Positions 1 to 13,745 of a stretch of DNA of 64,000 nt are shown here, in pieces. Every line of letters starts with the position of its first letter. The first letter of the stretch is position 1. The translations under genes were made by a program, and so were the position numbers. Origin of the DNA: the human T2T-CHM13v2.0 reference genome, Homo sapiens. The notes beneath the pieces were generated by a model, which saw only the letters and a list, made by a program, of their open reading frames with translations, did no database searches and was not told the DNA's origin. The DNA lies in the NCBI RefSeq assembly GCF_009914755.1, contig NC_060927.1; one strand, given 5' to 3'.

Positions 1-862
1 TTATGTTCAAGAGCGAAGCGCTAAGAAATTGACTGACATCTTCTTGTACAAGGGTGGCATTGTATGATGGTGGGTTACACTGCAGGGCAATAGAGAGGCA
101 GCTGGCTTTTTACTTGTGAATCTTCTATGTCAATATTAGTATATCTTTTCTCTGGAGTTATTGTCTCCACAAAAGGAGATTCCAGCTCCTATTTGGGAGA
201 TGAAGTGGTGACAAGAAAAGATAAATACACTGGCTGCTGGTGCTCTTCTGGTGCTGGGTAGGGAAAGGAAACAGGATTATCAACATTCAGAACTTTCTTA
301 TTCACCTAGTTATACTGTTGTCAGTATGCCACTGCCTTCCACTACCTGTCTGCTGTGCCTGGTGTTTCCAATCCAGAACCTCTACTTTGGTTAATCTAGA
401 GAATAAACATCCAATTTCCTGCTGGAGTAGAGTAAAGGAAGCACTGTGACAGTGCAGGATAGAAGTGACAAGAAATGATCCCATTTTCAGAACCTACCTC
501 CAATCTCTCAGGCTGTCTCAGGTCTATACAAAATATCTGCTTGCTCCTGGTTGTCACCCTCCAAATGTGTGCACACACATCCACACTCACTTAGACGTGG
601 ACCTTCCTCCCACCTGCTACATCATTTATGATGACTCCATCTTTTTTCTGTGTTCATGTTTTATTTGAATTAAACATCTCTTGTCTCATTGGCAATGGAA
701 TATGTGTTTTTGTTTCTTGTTCCTGTTATTGTTTGGGGATGATCTTTGAAGACGAGGAGTCAAAGGTATTTTAATTAAGCTACCTTGAAATAAAAACTTC
801 CTGGAACATGATTGAAGAGTAGATAATTTCTGTGACTGTTGAGGACTGCCTCAGTTTTAGAT

Positions 863-1066
863 CAGCATTGTCCAAAAAAAATTTTTGAGGGAACAAAAAT
901 ATTGTATTCTGGCACTGTACAATATGGCAAATACTAGCTATATATGGAAATTAAACACTGAAATGTGACTGAGGAACTGAATTTTTTATTAGATTTCATT
1001 TTTATTAAGTTAAACATTAATTTAATACCCACATGTGGCTACTAGCTACTGTATTGGGCTGTGCAG
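863..1066 (+). mobile_element. MER3 (hAT-Charlie non-autonomous DNA transposon)
   Basis: Ends cagcattgtcca...tattgggctgtgcag; internal ccacatgtggct and gactgaggaactgaatttt motifs; 8-bp TSD ttttagat/ttttagac. Confidence 0.85.
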
Positions 1067-1704
1067 TTTTAGACAGTAAATAAGTTGAGAAGCCAAACCA
1101 AGATTCCAGGTAGATAGATAGCTGTTTCCAATCTGGCTGTAGATTTGGTCTGTTCTCACTCATAAATGTTTAATTCAATTCCCAAAGTACTATCCTCTAC
1201 ACTTCTACAATATTGTGGAGATTACTTTTTTCCCCCATATCTTAATGCTCAGAAGAAATTACTCTATGCTGGAAGTCCTATTTGTCATTCGTCACCTCTA
1301 TATAAAATGTCATGAGCATGCCAACAGAATATTTAATTATTTTTAAGAAACTTTTTAAAAAATGGCCAGAATTAATTGACTACCAGTGGCCCTCACCTCT
1401 CCAAAGTATGAATTAACTTTTCTACTATAGGAATAATATTGACTATGTATTAACTAAATTTTAGATAAAATGTGCTAAAATTAACTTTTTAGTTTCAGAA
1501 TAATTAATATTAAATTATCTTATGGCACTTATTGAAGAATCCTTTATTCTCTGAGGCACCTCAACATTCACTGTCATAAAAACACATAATTTATATACAG
1601 AAGAAATATTATTTGTTCTACCTGTTGTAGTCAAGAGGCATATATTTACATAATTCTAAAGCAGTTTAAATCATTGAGATACAGGATTAAGAAAAGTACA
1701 AATA

Positions 1705-1998
1705 GGATGGGTGAGGTAGCTCATACCTTTAATCTCGGTACTTTGGGAGGCTGAGGCAGGCAGATCATTTGAGGTCAGGAGTTCGAGACCAGCCTGGCCA
1801 ACATGGTAAAACTCCCATCTCTACCAAAAACACAAAAATTAGCTGGGTTTGGTGGTGGACGCCTGTAGTCCCAGGGAAGTTGCGGCATGAGAATCGCTTG
1901 AACCCAGGAGGTGGAGGTTGCAGTGAGCTGAGATCACACCACTGCACTCCAGCCTGGGTGACAGAGTGAGTAAGACTCCATCTCAAAAACAAGAAGAA
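1705..1998 (+). mobile_element. Alu (AluS-type) with a small deletion in the right arm
   Basis: Dimeric Alu; TSD aagaaaagtacaaata (1689-1704) / aagaaaactacaaata (1999-2014). Confidence 0.95.
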
Positions 1999-4539
1999 AA
2001 GAAAACTACAAATACCACAGCTCCATTTTGAGCTCAAAAGAGTAAACAGACTATTTCTGTGGAGTCTAATTCTCATATTAGTGACTAGTAAATAGGTTTC
2101 AGGGAATTTTAAGTAACTAGGAGTCTGTATTGATTCTTTGCGAGTCATTCGTTATAGTTCCTACCTCTGGAACCAAATACCAAGGAGATGTATATAAAAG
2201 TTGAAAAACACATTATAATAATTATAATGTTATAATAATATAATATATGCTGTAATTATAACAAAATAATAATTTTTAACAGATTTCTCCATGGGATAAT
2301 AAAGTATAAAAGCATAATCAATGATGAAAGAGCCATTCCAGAGACCTGCTTCCTCTGTGTAAACTATTAGCCTGGGAGACCCAGACTTGCAGGTCATTTA
2401 GGAGTCAGCTGGAATAATGTAAAGCTGGGATTTTCATCAAATCGATAGTTCCACACTTGGGGAGTCATGAAATATTATCTTTTTATTTGTAATAAGAAAA
2501 AATTATACTGTTAATATTGTACTCATGGAATCCTAACTACATTCACTGTTCTTCAGTAAAAATTTCTTATCACAGTTTAGTTGTTAACAATAATCATTTT
2601 TGATACAAAGGTAAACAGAAATACCAAAGAAGCATTTTTTGCATTACCAGGGCCTGATGGTGACTGCTTTGTTATATGTAATATTTGTGTTAAAATTGAA
2701 AAGCTGAATACTTATTAGATTCTGCAATTGAGAATATTACCAAAAACATGAATTTTGGTCCCACTTTTAAGCTATTATTCTATTGTGATAATTTGTTAGT
2801 CTAAATAAAGGTCTACATCTAAATCCCAGAAAATGATGGCCTAAACCTGGGCCCCTGTGCAATGGGAGTGATGTGTGAATCAAACACACTTATGAAACCC
2901 AAGTGTTCTCTGTATACTGAAGGGTACTAATGACTTTAATAAGACTGAAACGTTGTGCTTAAAGCAAACTGATTGACCTTGACAACAGAAGTGTAAACAA
3001 GAGTCTAATGAATATTAATTTTTCTTCTTTCCTGCATTAGCTGTAGCTGTTGACTGATTAGCTCTGACACCTACATGGTCAAATTAACAAGCACATTTGT
3101 AAGACATTTTCCATTGTTTATAATGTCAACAAAATTTCTGAACCTTGGTAGGTGACTATTAGTAAGTTATCATCATTTCTTAGAAATCTACCAGATTACA
3201 TTTAAAACAATCGCATATTTTAGCTCCCATAATGTATAAGATGCATATTTTGAAATGGATGCATATAGTTCCAATAATTTATGATGGGATTTCAGAGGCT
3301 AAGCCAAAATGTAATAATTATTCCATTATTAGACTTACACATGAGCTGGATTAGTTATCAGCAGCATTGATGCAGGGCAGGTTTGATGTATCCTGAGCTA
3401 CCATATTGAACTAAGTGCCATTTCCCATTGTGCCCTTGCCATCTGTATAATGACATCAAAGGAGAGAAGGCAGGAGCAGATGGCATCAATGGCATACAAG
3501 AGCAAAAGTCACACCCACAGCATGCTGCTGAGTAATGAAAGTGAGGTGATGTGCAGGCAGAGAGCAGACGGAAATTAAGAAAGGTCATGGTGGTGCTATG
3601 GACTGCTTAGCTCCTACCATCATTACAAGAGCAGCATGCTCCACTCATTCCTACCTTCCTTTTTATGAGAAATGCTCTTCTACCATTCCTAGCATGTGCT
3701 TCTAGCAGGGGTTGTCGTGTTTTACAGGACCCCCTTCTTTCTGGCCATAGTTGATTATCCAGGAGGTCAGACCCTGACCCCATTTGGACCCCTTTTGTCC
3801 AGAATTTGAACTAGGTAAAAAGAAGTATTCTCTCTTCAATTAAGGAGGGACACAAGATGAAAATGTGCGATCTGTCAGTAGTCATGTCTCCAGCCATGAG
3901 TAGAGACCCATTCATTCTACAGTGAGAATGACAAATGACATCACCATGAGGTGAAAAGCGAAGACAGGAAATATTTGAGGCTGGGTTTCAAAGAGTAAAA
4001 AATATCTGAAATGGAATAGAGATGGAACTCAGTTGAAACTGTTTCTATTGATCCCTGTTCATGCAAGTAAAGACATAAACTTTTACAGGCCATAGTGGAA
4101 ATGTGTAAAAACTACAGCCTCCAACCTTGTCAGCAACAGTCAAGACTGGCCAGAGCAGCACCTAGATCATTTTCTTCCCCCTATCTAAACCTGTAAAATA
4201 GGCTGGGCCTTTTTATAGTTAGCCACTTTTCTCCCAACAAGGAAGACAATTTAGCTTATGCCCAACAATGCCTGACTGTCTTCAAATTTTACTTCATTCA
4301 GAAAACTGATTTGGGACTCTTGAAGTGTTTGATTAATACTCTAGATCTAGTAGAAGCAGACCACTACTATAAATAGATCCTTAGAGATCAAAACATTGGA
4401 ATGGTTGGGTTCTCTGTTGTAAGCATAATGTGGGTTATCTCTGCAGAGGATTAGAGTTAGGGAGAGAGGTAGTAAGCAAGAGGGAATCTTCAGTGCATCT
4501 ATATTGATTTCATTATTTTATAGTGATAACATTGTAATA

Positions 4540-4755
4540 ATGATGTGTGAAGTTTCCTGGTAAATAATGTATATATATTACTTCATTATATTCTGGCAAC
4601 AACCCCATAAGGCCAATACTAAAATCATCACCATTTTATAGATGAGGAAACTGGGCCACTGCCAGATGAACTTACTCAAGGTCATATGACTAATAATTGA
4701 CAGATCCCAGGTGCTAACAAGATAATCTAGAGTCTGTGCCCTTAACTGCTATGTC
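4540..4755 (-). mobile_element. MIR SINE
   Basis: Core ccattttatagatgaggaaactg...ctcaaggtca, reverse of the MIR consensus. Confidence 0.8.
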
Positions 4756-6059
4756 CTACTATGTCTAACATGAAGGAAATTTATTCATGTATTAGTTTTG
4801 TTAATATCAAAGTAATAAAGGCTTTATATTTTTATAAGTTTGGAAACATGTACACCAAAATGTGAACAGTAGAAATCAATTTTTAAATATTAGGGATAAT
4901 TGTTATTTTATTTATTATTTTAAAAATTGTTATTTATTCTTTCCAAATAGGTATGCTTTACTTCTGCAATAAGAAAAAATACCATAAGTTTTCATAGTAA
5001 CACAATTCAAACCATCTTGTGAGACTTTCCACTCTGTCACAAGGGAACTCTAAAGTATGCAGCAGCTTCCTTTCCAACTGGTAATTGGGTCATTCTGTTC
5101 TATGCTGATTGGCAGCAAGAGTAAGATTTTGCAGAGATGTTGCACATGTTCTTTTTAACCCCTCTGGCACAGTGTGCTATTTGGGAAAATGTATGTTATA
5201 CCAAATAAATATGAAGATAGATGTAACAAGGTTGGTTTGCAACTGATACCTGATTAATACTATAAAGTATGAGCCCTGAAAATTTTCTCATGGTACAGTG
5301 AATATAATATCTGTAATTTCTGTAATCTCTGTCTGGGAAAAGTCATGCCTAACAACTTGACTAATACGGAGTAGCAGCATGAAACTGAAAAGAACATGAG
5401 ATTGGGAATTAGCAGACTGAGATTTATGGAGAATGGGTAATTTATCCTGTTAGAAAAGGTTTTAATTCCAACGGACCTTAAATTTTGTGACCTTGTGCAA
5501 GCCATTTAATCCTGTTGGCTCTTAGTTTTCTTGTAAATATTTAGTAGATTTTAATTTTAAAATTATAATATTCCATGATTATATGCTAATATATTTGGTC
5601 ATGTCTGAGGAACTCACTGTTATACTTTTGATTAAAAGTGAAATTTCCTGATCATTCAAAAACTGAAATTTCCCATCTTTTGGACAGATGTATAACACTC
5701 CCTCAGGGAAACAGGCTGCTATAGTTACTTAAATGTGTTTTTTTTTTTTATCTAAATGAAAGTCAAGTATACACATCTGAAAAGGCAGGGCTGGCTGGTG
5801 AAAGTAACCCATGAGACATGTGAGTTTCAGGCTTGTTATCAACAGCACAATGGATGCCAGCTTTCAGCTCACATAGAGTAAGCAGCATTTAATATTGATA
5901 GCTTCAAGTCAATGGTTTCTGACACAGATTCTAGCAGAAAAGAAAACAGACATGTATAAATATTAGTTTCTGCCTGAAGACAGTTTATTTAGTAATGGGA
6001 TGGCCTATTTCTAAAAAACTTTATTTATCTCTCTAAAAAGAAAACTGAAAGTAAAAGGG

Positions 6060-6490
6060 ATCAGTTCTCAAAACATGGAAATTGCTAATGAACACAGGGG
6101 AACTTGAGAGTAAAGGAAATGTTCTATTTCTTGATTATGGTGGTGGTTACATAAGTGTATACATTTGCCAAAACACTGAACTGTATAATTAAGGTGGCTG
6201 TATTTGATTATATCAATAAAGTTGATTTTTTAAAGAAACCTCATGGGTACATGTCAGCATATTCATATAGATTCCTTTTCATTTATTTGTGCTAAAGATA
6301 ATCAAAAATCCCAAAATGCTTAACTTAAAATATGCCTACCTTTCAACTCAGAAATTTCAGCTCAATAAATTATCATTATAACGAAACACTAACTGATGAG
6401 AACTAAAATTTATTTTCAAGGATGTTCCCTGCAATGCTGCTTATAATAGCAAAAAAAAAAAAAAGATACAATGTAAATTAACTATGGAGA
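6060..6490 (+). mobile_element. Ancient L1M 3' fragments
   Basis: ggaaatgttctatttcttgattatggtggtggttaca...caataaagttgatttttt, typical of an L1M 3' end. Confidence 0.55.
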
Positions 6491-6499
6491 ATGGCAGCT

Positions 6500-6740
6500 G
6501 GGTGAATAATTAAGACCCCAGACACTGAAGCCAGGATCTTCAGTTCAAATCCTAACTGTTGCTTAGTAGCTGGAAACGTTAACAGTTTCTTAACATCTCT
6601 TGCCTTAGTTTCCACATTTCTAAAATGGGGTTAATAATGGTGCCTATTTAGCGGTATTATTATGAGGATTAAATAAGTTAATATTTGGAAAGTGCTTAAA
6701 ACCTTGCCTCACATATAATAAGTGCTGAATATGCATCATT
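6500..6740 (+). mobile_element. MIR SINE
   Basis: ttcaaatcct...ccttagtttccacatttctaaaatgggg...tgaggattaaataagttaat. Confidence 0.85.
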
Positions 6741-6959
6741 AAAGTGAGCAGTGTTTTTCTTCTTAAAAAGCAGGGTTCTAGCCTTACAATAGTTAAATTT
6801 AATATAATTTCTTCCACTAGGTCTATGCTAACATAATAATCTTATACTAAGTGGATCTGAATTTTAAGAATAAAAATAATATGTTATTTTTATTAAATAA
6901 CTTTTTTAATGAGTAGTACCTTAAGATTTGTGAAGATCTGATATGTGGAACTTTATTTA

Positions 6960-8888
6960 AGAGCAGTCTAAATGCTGTCTTCTTCAGAATAGTATGTATA
7001 CTGTGCTATCTTTTTGTAAAAAAGGAGGAATATAAAGGTACTTGTGATTTTTTTAAATGAATGAGTAAACCGAAAATAAATATAAATGGTTATCTATCTA
7101 TAAGGTGAGATGAAAGAGATGAAAGCTAAACTTTTCTGAAAGCAATTAGTTTTATACCTTTGTCTTTGGACTCATGTAAATGTTTTATATAACAAAAAAA
7201 TTAACCTAACATTTAAAAAAATTTCTAAAAAATAAATAAAAATGAAACAAATCAATATAACTATGTAAGTTGTTGGCTTAACCACACAGATAGTAATTAG
7301 TCTAATGACTTTAATTATGTATATGCTTTATCTGTAACTATAAATCTATATATTTATAAGTATATTTACATATAATTAAAATAAACATTGATATATCACA
7401 TGTATATTTAGTAACACATATTTAGTGGAATACTAAAGACAAAAACTATAAATAAATCAAACAATATTTAGTAATTATATTGCTGGTAATAATATTGGTA
7501 TATAATTTTGAAGTTTTACATTGCTAGCATAAAGCAAAGAAATAATACATTTATGTCATTAATAACAGATTTTTCAGTATATGAGAAAGGAACTACAACT
7601 GTAAAATCAAATAAGTTAAATAAAAATTCTGAATTTATGTTGGAAATATTACTATGAACTCATGATGTAATTTTTTGAAAACGTAAATATTTTCTACTTC
7701 TGTCTGTTGGAAAGGCCTAGAAACAGTGACCAATCCTGTGGCAATGAGCACCTTTAGTGCTCAGATTATGGTTTCTAAAGACCACTTCCCATTGAAAGGA
7801 AACAGGGTTCCTTGGAGAAATGGCTGATTGTAGACATGAGTAAGTACAAAATGAGGCTCTTGTCATTCCAGAAAGCAAGGAATCCCATGAAGATATCAGA
7901 GGAGAGTCAAAAGGAACATAAAGCCAACTTGAAGGACTCCCTTAGGGCAAAGATGGACAAATTTGTGCATTTAAAATATATGTTATTTTATTTCAATGTA
8001 TTGAAGCACATCAAAAATTTTTAAAAATCCATGAATTGCTAATAGACAATTTTTAAATATCCTGATTAAGCATTTCTTCTATACTTCTTTAGTAAACTAT
8101 TGCCTCAAGGTAATGGCCAACTTTAAAACAGTTGGATCAGACTAACAGCATGTGAATTCAATCATCATCACCAAAAAAAGAGATAACCAGACATTAAATA
8201 CCTCCTGATATTACATAGTAAGACTCAGCCCCACTCATGAACTATTCTTGAAGAAAAAAATCTAATCTAATCAAGCCTCTAAGTCTAATTATTGGTTTGT
8301 TGGAAACTCAGGGGCTAGGATAACATGTTACATAACAATTAATCAGTAAATCCAGAAAGTGGAAATTTATACATAACAAATGCCCTGGTTCTTCACAAAA
8401 TAAATAGCAAGCAAAAAAAATAAAAACAGTGAAGAATCTATAAATTAAATGAGACTTAAGAAGTATATCAACCTATTTCATGTGTGATTCTTATTGCATC
8501 TTCATTTGAACAACAACAAAGGAAAACTGCCATCAAATAAAAATTATAAGACAACTGGAGAAATTTGAACAATAACTAGATATTTAGTGAATTGATGAAT
8601 TATTGTTACTTTTATTTTACATATCATAATGGCAATCTATCTGTTTTTTAAAAGTTCTCTTTTAAAGATAAATATTGAAGTATTTATATGTGAAATAATA
8701 GGATGCCTGAGATTTGCTTTAAAATAATCTAGGTTGAGTATCAAGGGTAAAAAGTAGGTGTGGTTATAAATGAAACAAGTTATGTCATGTGATAATAATT
8801 ATAGAAACTTAGTGATGGGTTCATGGAGTTTTTATACTAGTCTTCCTACTTTCATACGTATATATTTGAAAAAATCCATAATTAAAAG
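6960..8888 (+). mobile_element. Old L1 3' region (L1MC3/L1MC4-like)
   Basis: gaaaggcctagaaacagtgaccaatcc...ccttggagaaatggctgatt and terminal tttgaaaaaatccataattaaaa resemble the L1MC 3' UTR. Confidence 0.65.
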
Positions 8889-9989
8889 GAACCACCTTTT
8901 TCTGATTTCTAATCTGGTTTTTAGATTCTTTGTTCTTTTTGGACTATTCCTGGTTTAGGGTAGATGTTTATAATTAAATTGTCAGCTGATGCTTCTTACA
9001 ATTGAATCAAAACAAGGCATGGGAATGGAGTGATATGTAGGAAGCCACAGGTATATTAAACCTAAAAATCTTCTAGCTTCCAAGTAACTATATATTACTA
9101 TATAATTACGTGTGTCCTCACTTTTGTTTGACTTCAAATGAAGCTGCATTTCTTCAATTGCCTGCCACTGGATAATAGTGTGAGATGAATGTCAAACATA
9201 ATTAAAACATAGCAGAGCACAACGAGAGACATTGTCAGCAGCCAGTGAATACAGTGCTGTTCTCAACCAGTAAAAAACTGTGCCACAGGCAGATGAACAG
9301 ATGCTACATTTACCTCAAAAGGGTTTATAGTAAAAGGAAGCAATTTCACAATACAGTATAACCCTGTTCATTTCATCTCCTGGTCCTTATTAACTGAACT
9401 ATTCAGAGGGTCTCTTACCTGTTTTCCTTGCTTCGAGACTTTCCCACTCTAATTCTTATTTTCCTAAAATTTGCCTGGCTCAGATCCTGCCCTTGGATAC
9501 TCAGATCCCGTACAACCTGCTCAAGTCAATTCTGTTCCTTATTCTATCATTCAAAGCCTTCCACCATCTGTCTGGAACCTTTGTTTCGGGTCCTAACTCC
9601 AGCTACTCATTATTTCCTGATCACAACCAAACTCTTCTTGTAGAATTGCCACCAAGTTATACCCATTTACTCCCCAACTTTACACTTCACTTCCTACCTC
9701 CCCCAAACCATAGTCACTCCATTTACTCTGAAAGCTTCTTTAAGAAAGCAAACAAGACAGACAAAAAAAGCTTCCAATTTTTAGCTTATGTCAGTTCCTA
9801 TCTCAATGTCTGCCAGTAGTCTTTCAACGTCATATATAAATATGAAATCAACTTTCTCCTTCAAATTCCAAAGCCATCTGTCAGTGTTATTTTATTTTCC
9901 TTATATCCTTTTTCTCCTGCCAGTTCCTTCTTTCTAGTCAAACTCCCATTTCACCCTGTATTTGGTGGGTTTGTATATTCTTCCTCTGT

Positions 9990-10130
9990 GATAATTACTT
10001 GAACAATGTGTATCTCCCCAACTAAACTATAAATTCTACATGGCAAGGACTATGTTTGTCTTTTTCACATTGTAATCCCAGGACCTAGAGCAAAGAGACA
10101 AAACAAGTATTTTCAGTGATTGAATAAATT
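9990..10130 (+). mobile_element. L2 3' end
   Basis: tctccccaactaaactataaattc...ggcaaggactatgt...cccaggacctag...gaataaa. Confidence 0.6.
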
Positions 10131-10577
10131 CAGCAACATAAACATAATTTTCATCCAATATTAATTTTGTTTTCTCCTTATGTTAGGAATCATCTCACTC
10201 TATATCACGAATCATCTTTTTCTTTCCTTTTCTCATTCGAAAACATTTTTAAAATAGAAAGTTCCTTTATAAAATTTTTTTTCAAACGGAGTTTGTATGA
10301 ACTCCAGCAATCCTAAAACACCCAAAAAGCATATTTTCTTTCCCTTATATATCCATATTAAGGCTCCACAATAGAAAAATTGTAAAATAAATACAGGTGA
10401 CCCTCTAACAATCTAAGAGTTAGGGGCACCAACCCCTACACAGTCAAAAATTGTAATATAACTTTTGACTCCCCAAAGCTTAATTACTAATAGCTTACTT
10501 TTGACCAAAAGCCTTACTAGAAACATATGATCAATTAACACATATTTGGTATGTTATGCATTATGTACCGTATTCTT

Positions 10578-10900
10578 TTTTTTTTCTTTTCTTTTCTTTC
10601 CTTTTTTTTTTTTTTTTTGAGACGGAGTCATGCTCTGTCACCCAAGCTGGAGTGCAGTGGCACCATCTCGGCTCACTGCAAGCTCTGCCTCCCAGGTTCA
10701 CGCCATTCTCCCGCCTCAGCCTCCTGAGTAGCTGAGACTACAGGCGCCCGCCACCACGCCTGGCTAATTTTTTGTTATTTTTCAGTAAAGACGGGGTTTC
10801 ACCGTGTTAACCAGGATGGTCTCGATCTCCTGACACGTGATCCGCCCGCCTCGGCTTCCCAAAGTGCTGGGATTACAGGCATGAGCCACTGCGCCCAGCG
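10578..10900 (-). mobile_element. AluY
   Basis: Diagnostic gcaagctc and ttcacgccattc; TSD tatgtaccgtattctt / tatgtactgtattctt. Confidence 0.95.
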
Positions 10901-10964
10901 TATGTACTGTATTCTTACAAGAAAGTAAGCTAGAGAAAAGAAAATGCTATTAAGAAAGTCATAT

Positions 10965-11096
10965 AGCCAGGCATGGTGGCATACACCTGTAGTCTCAACT
11001 ACTCAGGAGGCAAAGGCAGAAGGATGGATTGAGCCCAGGAGTTCCTGAATTTAAATACAGCTTGGGGAACATAATGAAACCTCATCTCTTAAAAAA
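10965..11096 (+). mobile_element. FLAM (free left Alu monomer)
   Basis: Monomer of about 130 bp with A tail; degenerate TSD aagaaagtcata/aagacaatcata. Confidence 0.8.
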
Positions 11097-11371
11097 AGAC
11101 AATCATAAGGAAGAGAAAATATATTTACTATTCATTAAGTAGAAGTGGATCACCATAAAGGTCTTCATTCTTGTCATCTTCATGTTGAGTAGGCTGAAGA
11201 GGAGGAGAAAGATGAACAACTGGTCTTTCTGTCTCAGGGGTGGTAGAGGCAGAAGAAAATCCATATCTGGACCCTGGCGGTTCATGCCCATGTTGTTCAA
11301 GGGTCAACTTTTTATGTTTGGGGTAAAGTTAAACCTAACCAATGACAGTGATATGTGTATAGACTTATTAT

Positions 11372-13745
11372 GGTCCCAGCATGGTGGTATAGACACAAGC
11401 TGGTTTCACTCCCCTATACAGAAAACTAAAAACAAATGCACAATGCTGAAATTATTACCAGCAATACCCAAGAATTCAAATGTGAAGATGAGACAGTTCC
11501 CAGAGAACTGAAAAAGAGAAGTGAAAAAACTCCAAGCAGACAGGAAGAGAGTCAGGCTTCCACATTTGAGACCTCCTTCCCACATTCTCCCTGGCACCAA
11601 GCACGAAGAAAATTTTCCTTCAACTTAGCTTCTATGCTGGAAAAAGTGAGATCAAGGTGAACAGCCAGTAGACATCTTGGAATTGAGACGTATGTTTGCT
11701 GAACTGAAAAATTCAATGGCAGAATGAATCAAACAAAGAAAGGAACAGTGAGCTCAAAGACAAGCTATTCAGAAATATACAGAGGACAAAAAACAATAAA
11801 AAGCAACAAAGAATGCCTATGAGATATAAAAAATTACCTAAAATGAGCAACCACCAAACAAAGAAAAAACAAGCAAAAAAAACTTCTACATGTTAACTTC
11901 ACCCCCCTCCCCACATTTTGACTTTTGTCACAATTTATATATTTTTATATTACTCAATAATAGCTATAGGTCCCTGTAGCTATTATTGTTTTTGATAAAT
12001 TTATCTTTTGGGCTTCACACTAGAGTTATGAGTGGACTGCCACACCACAATTACAAAATTAGAGTTCTGGGTTTCTCTGTTGTACTTCATTATATCAGTG
12101 GGTTTTATACTTTCAATTTTTTTTGCATGTTAGTATTTTATGGGTATTTTTCTAATGACATCAATGCTGAATTATACCAAACATTTAAAGAACTATTCCA
12201 AATCTGCTCAAACTCTTCAAAAAATCTAAGAGGAGATAATACTTCTAAATACATTCTGCAATGCTAGCATTATCCTTGATAATAAAACCAAACAAAGACA
12301 CAACAACAACAGAAAAACTACAGGCCAATAACACTAACGCACATACATGCAAGAAAGCCAAATTCAGCAACACATTAAAAAGATCATTCACCATGATTGA
12401 GTGGGATTCATCCCAAGAATGCAGGGATGGTTCAACATACTGTATCAAATCAACAAACATGATACATCACATTAACAGAAGTGAAACAAGAACTATGTGA
12501 TTATTTTAATAGATGCTTTAAAATCAATAAAATTGTACATCTCTTTATAATAAAAACCCTCACTAAACTGGGTATAAAAGAAATATACCTCTAAAAATTA
12601 AAGGCCATATTTGACAAACTGACTGCTAAGATCACACAAAATTAGGAAAAATTGTATACTTTTCTTCTAAGATCTGGAACAAGACAAAAGAAGGCCACGT
12701 TTATCACTTGTATTCAATGTAGTACTGGAAGTCCTGGCAAGAGCAATTGGGCCAAGTAAAGAAACAAAGGACATCCAGGTTAGAAAAAAAAGAAGTTAAA
12801 TTAGCCTTGTTTTCAGATGCCATTATCTTATACTTAGAAAAATCTAAAGACCACCAAAAAACTGTCCGAACTGATTAAAAAGTTCAGTAAAGTTGCAGGA
12901 TACAAAATCAACATACAAAAATCAGTAGCATTTATCTACACCAACAGTGAACAATCTGAAAAAGGAATCAGGAAAGCAATTCCATTTGCAATGGCTTCAA
13001 AAAATATAAAATACCGAAAAATATATGTAACCAAAGAAGTGAAAGTTCTATAGAAGAAAAGCTATGAAATGATAAAAGAAATTAAAGAGGATACAAAAAA
13101 TTGGACAGATAGTCAATGTTCATGGATTGGAAAAAGCAATATTCTTAAAATGGCAATACTTTCCAAAGCAATTTACAGATTCAATGCAATCCCTATCAAA
13201 ATACGAATGACATTCTTCACAGAAGTAGAAAAAAACAATTCCAAAATGTATATGGAACCATAAAAGACCCTAAATAGTCGAAGCAATCCGGAGAAAAAAG
13301 AACAAAGCTGACAGCATCATACTATTTGATATAGTTTGGAAATCACTACAATGCTGCCATGTGAAGAAGGACATGTTTTCTTCCCCTTCTGCCATGATTG
13401 TAAATTTCCTGTGGTCTCCCCAGCTCTGCAGAACTGTGAACAACTAAACCTCTTTACTGTATAAATTACCCAGTCTCAGGTATGTCTTTATTAGCAGCAT
13501 GAGAATGGGCTAATATAGTAATCAACCTAAGTGTTCATCAACAAATGAATAAATAAAGAAAATGTGGTATATATACACAATGAAATATTATTTAGCCATA
13601 AAAAAGAATGAAATCCTGTCATGTGCAGCAACATGGATGGAATTGGAATTATGCTAAGTGAAATAAGCCAAGCAGCGGAAGACAAATATCACTTGTTCTC
13701 ACTCATATGTAGGAGCTAAAAAAGTGATTTTCATGAAGATAGAGG
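11372..13745 (+). mobile_element. Rearranged old L1 (L1MA-type): 5'UTR and ORF1 pieces, inverted inter-ORF piece (~11885-12150), ORF2 piece, 3'UTR piece
   Basis: ORF2-like peptides ([16 protein letters not shown] at 13069-13263); L1 3'UTR at 13518-13745. Confidence 0.75.
13352..13517 (+). mobile_element. THE1C/D MaLR LTR, 3' half
   Basis: gctgccatgtgaagaaggacatg...aaattacccagtctcaggtatgtctttattagcagcatgagaatgggctaatata. Confidence 0.85.

Larger units (their letters stand above)
10394..11309 (-). mobile_element. Tigger2a (MER28-type) non-autonomous DNA transposon, interrupted by an AluY and a FLAM
   Basis: TIRs caggtgaccctctaacaa / ttgttcaagggtcaact with TA at the left; body is the reverse complement of the ends of the Tigger2 at 40625-43949. 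Confidence 0.88.

Noticed and set aside
120-790. Possible ancient L1/HAL1 5' fragment on the minus strand
   Set aside because: The similarity is too weak to call by eye.
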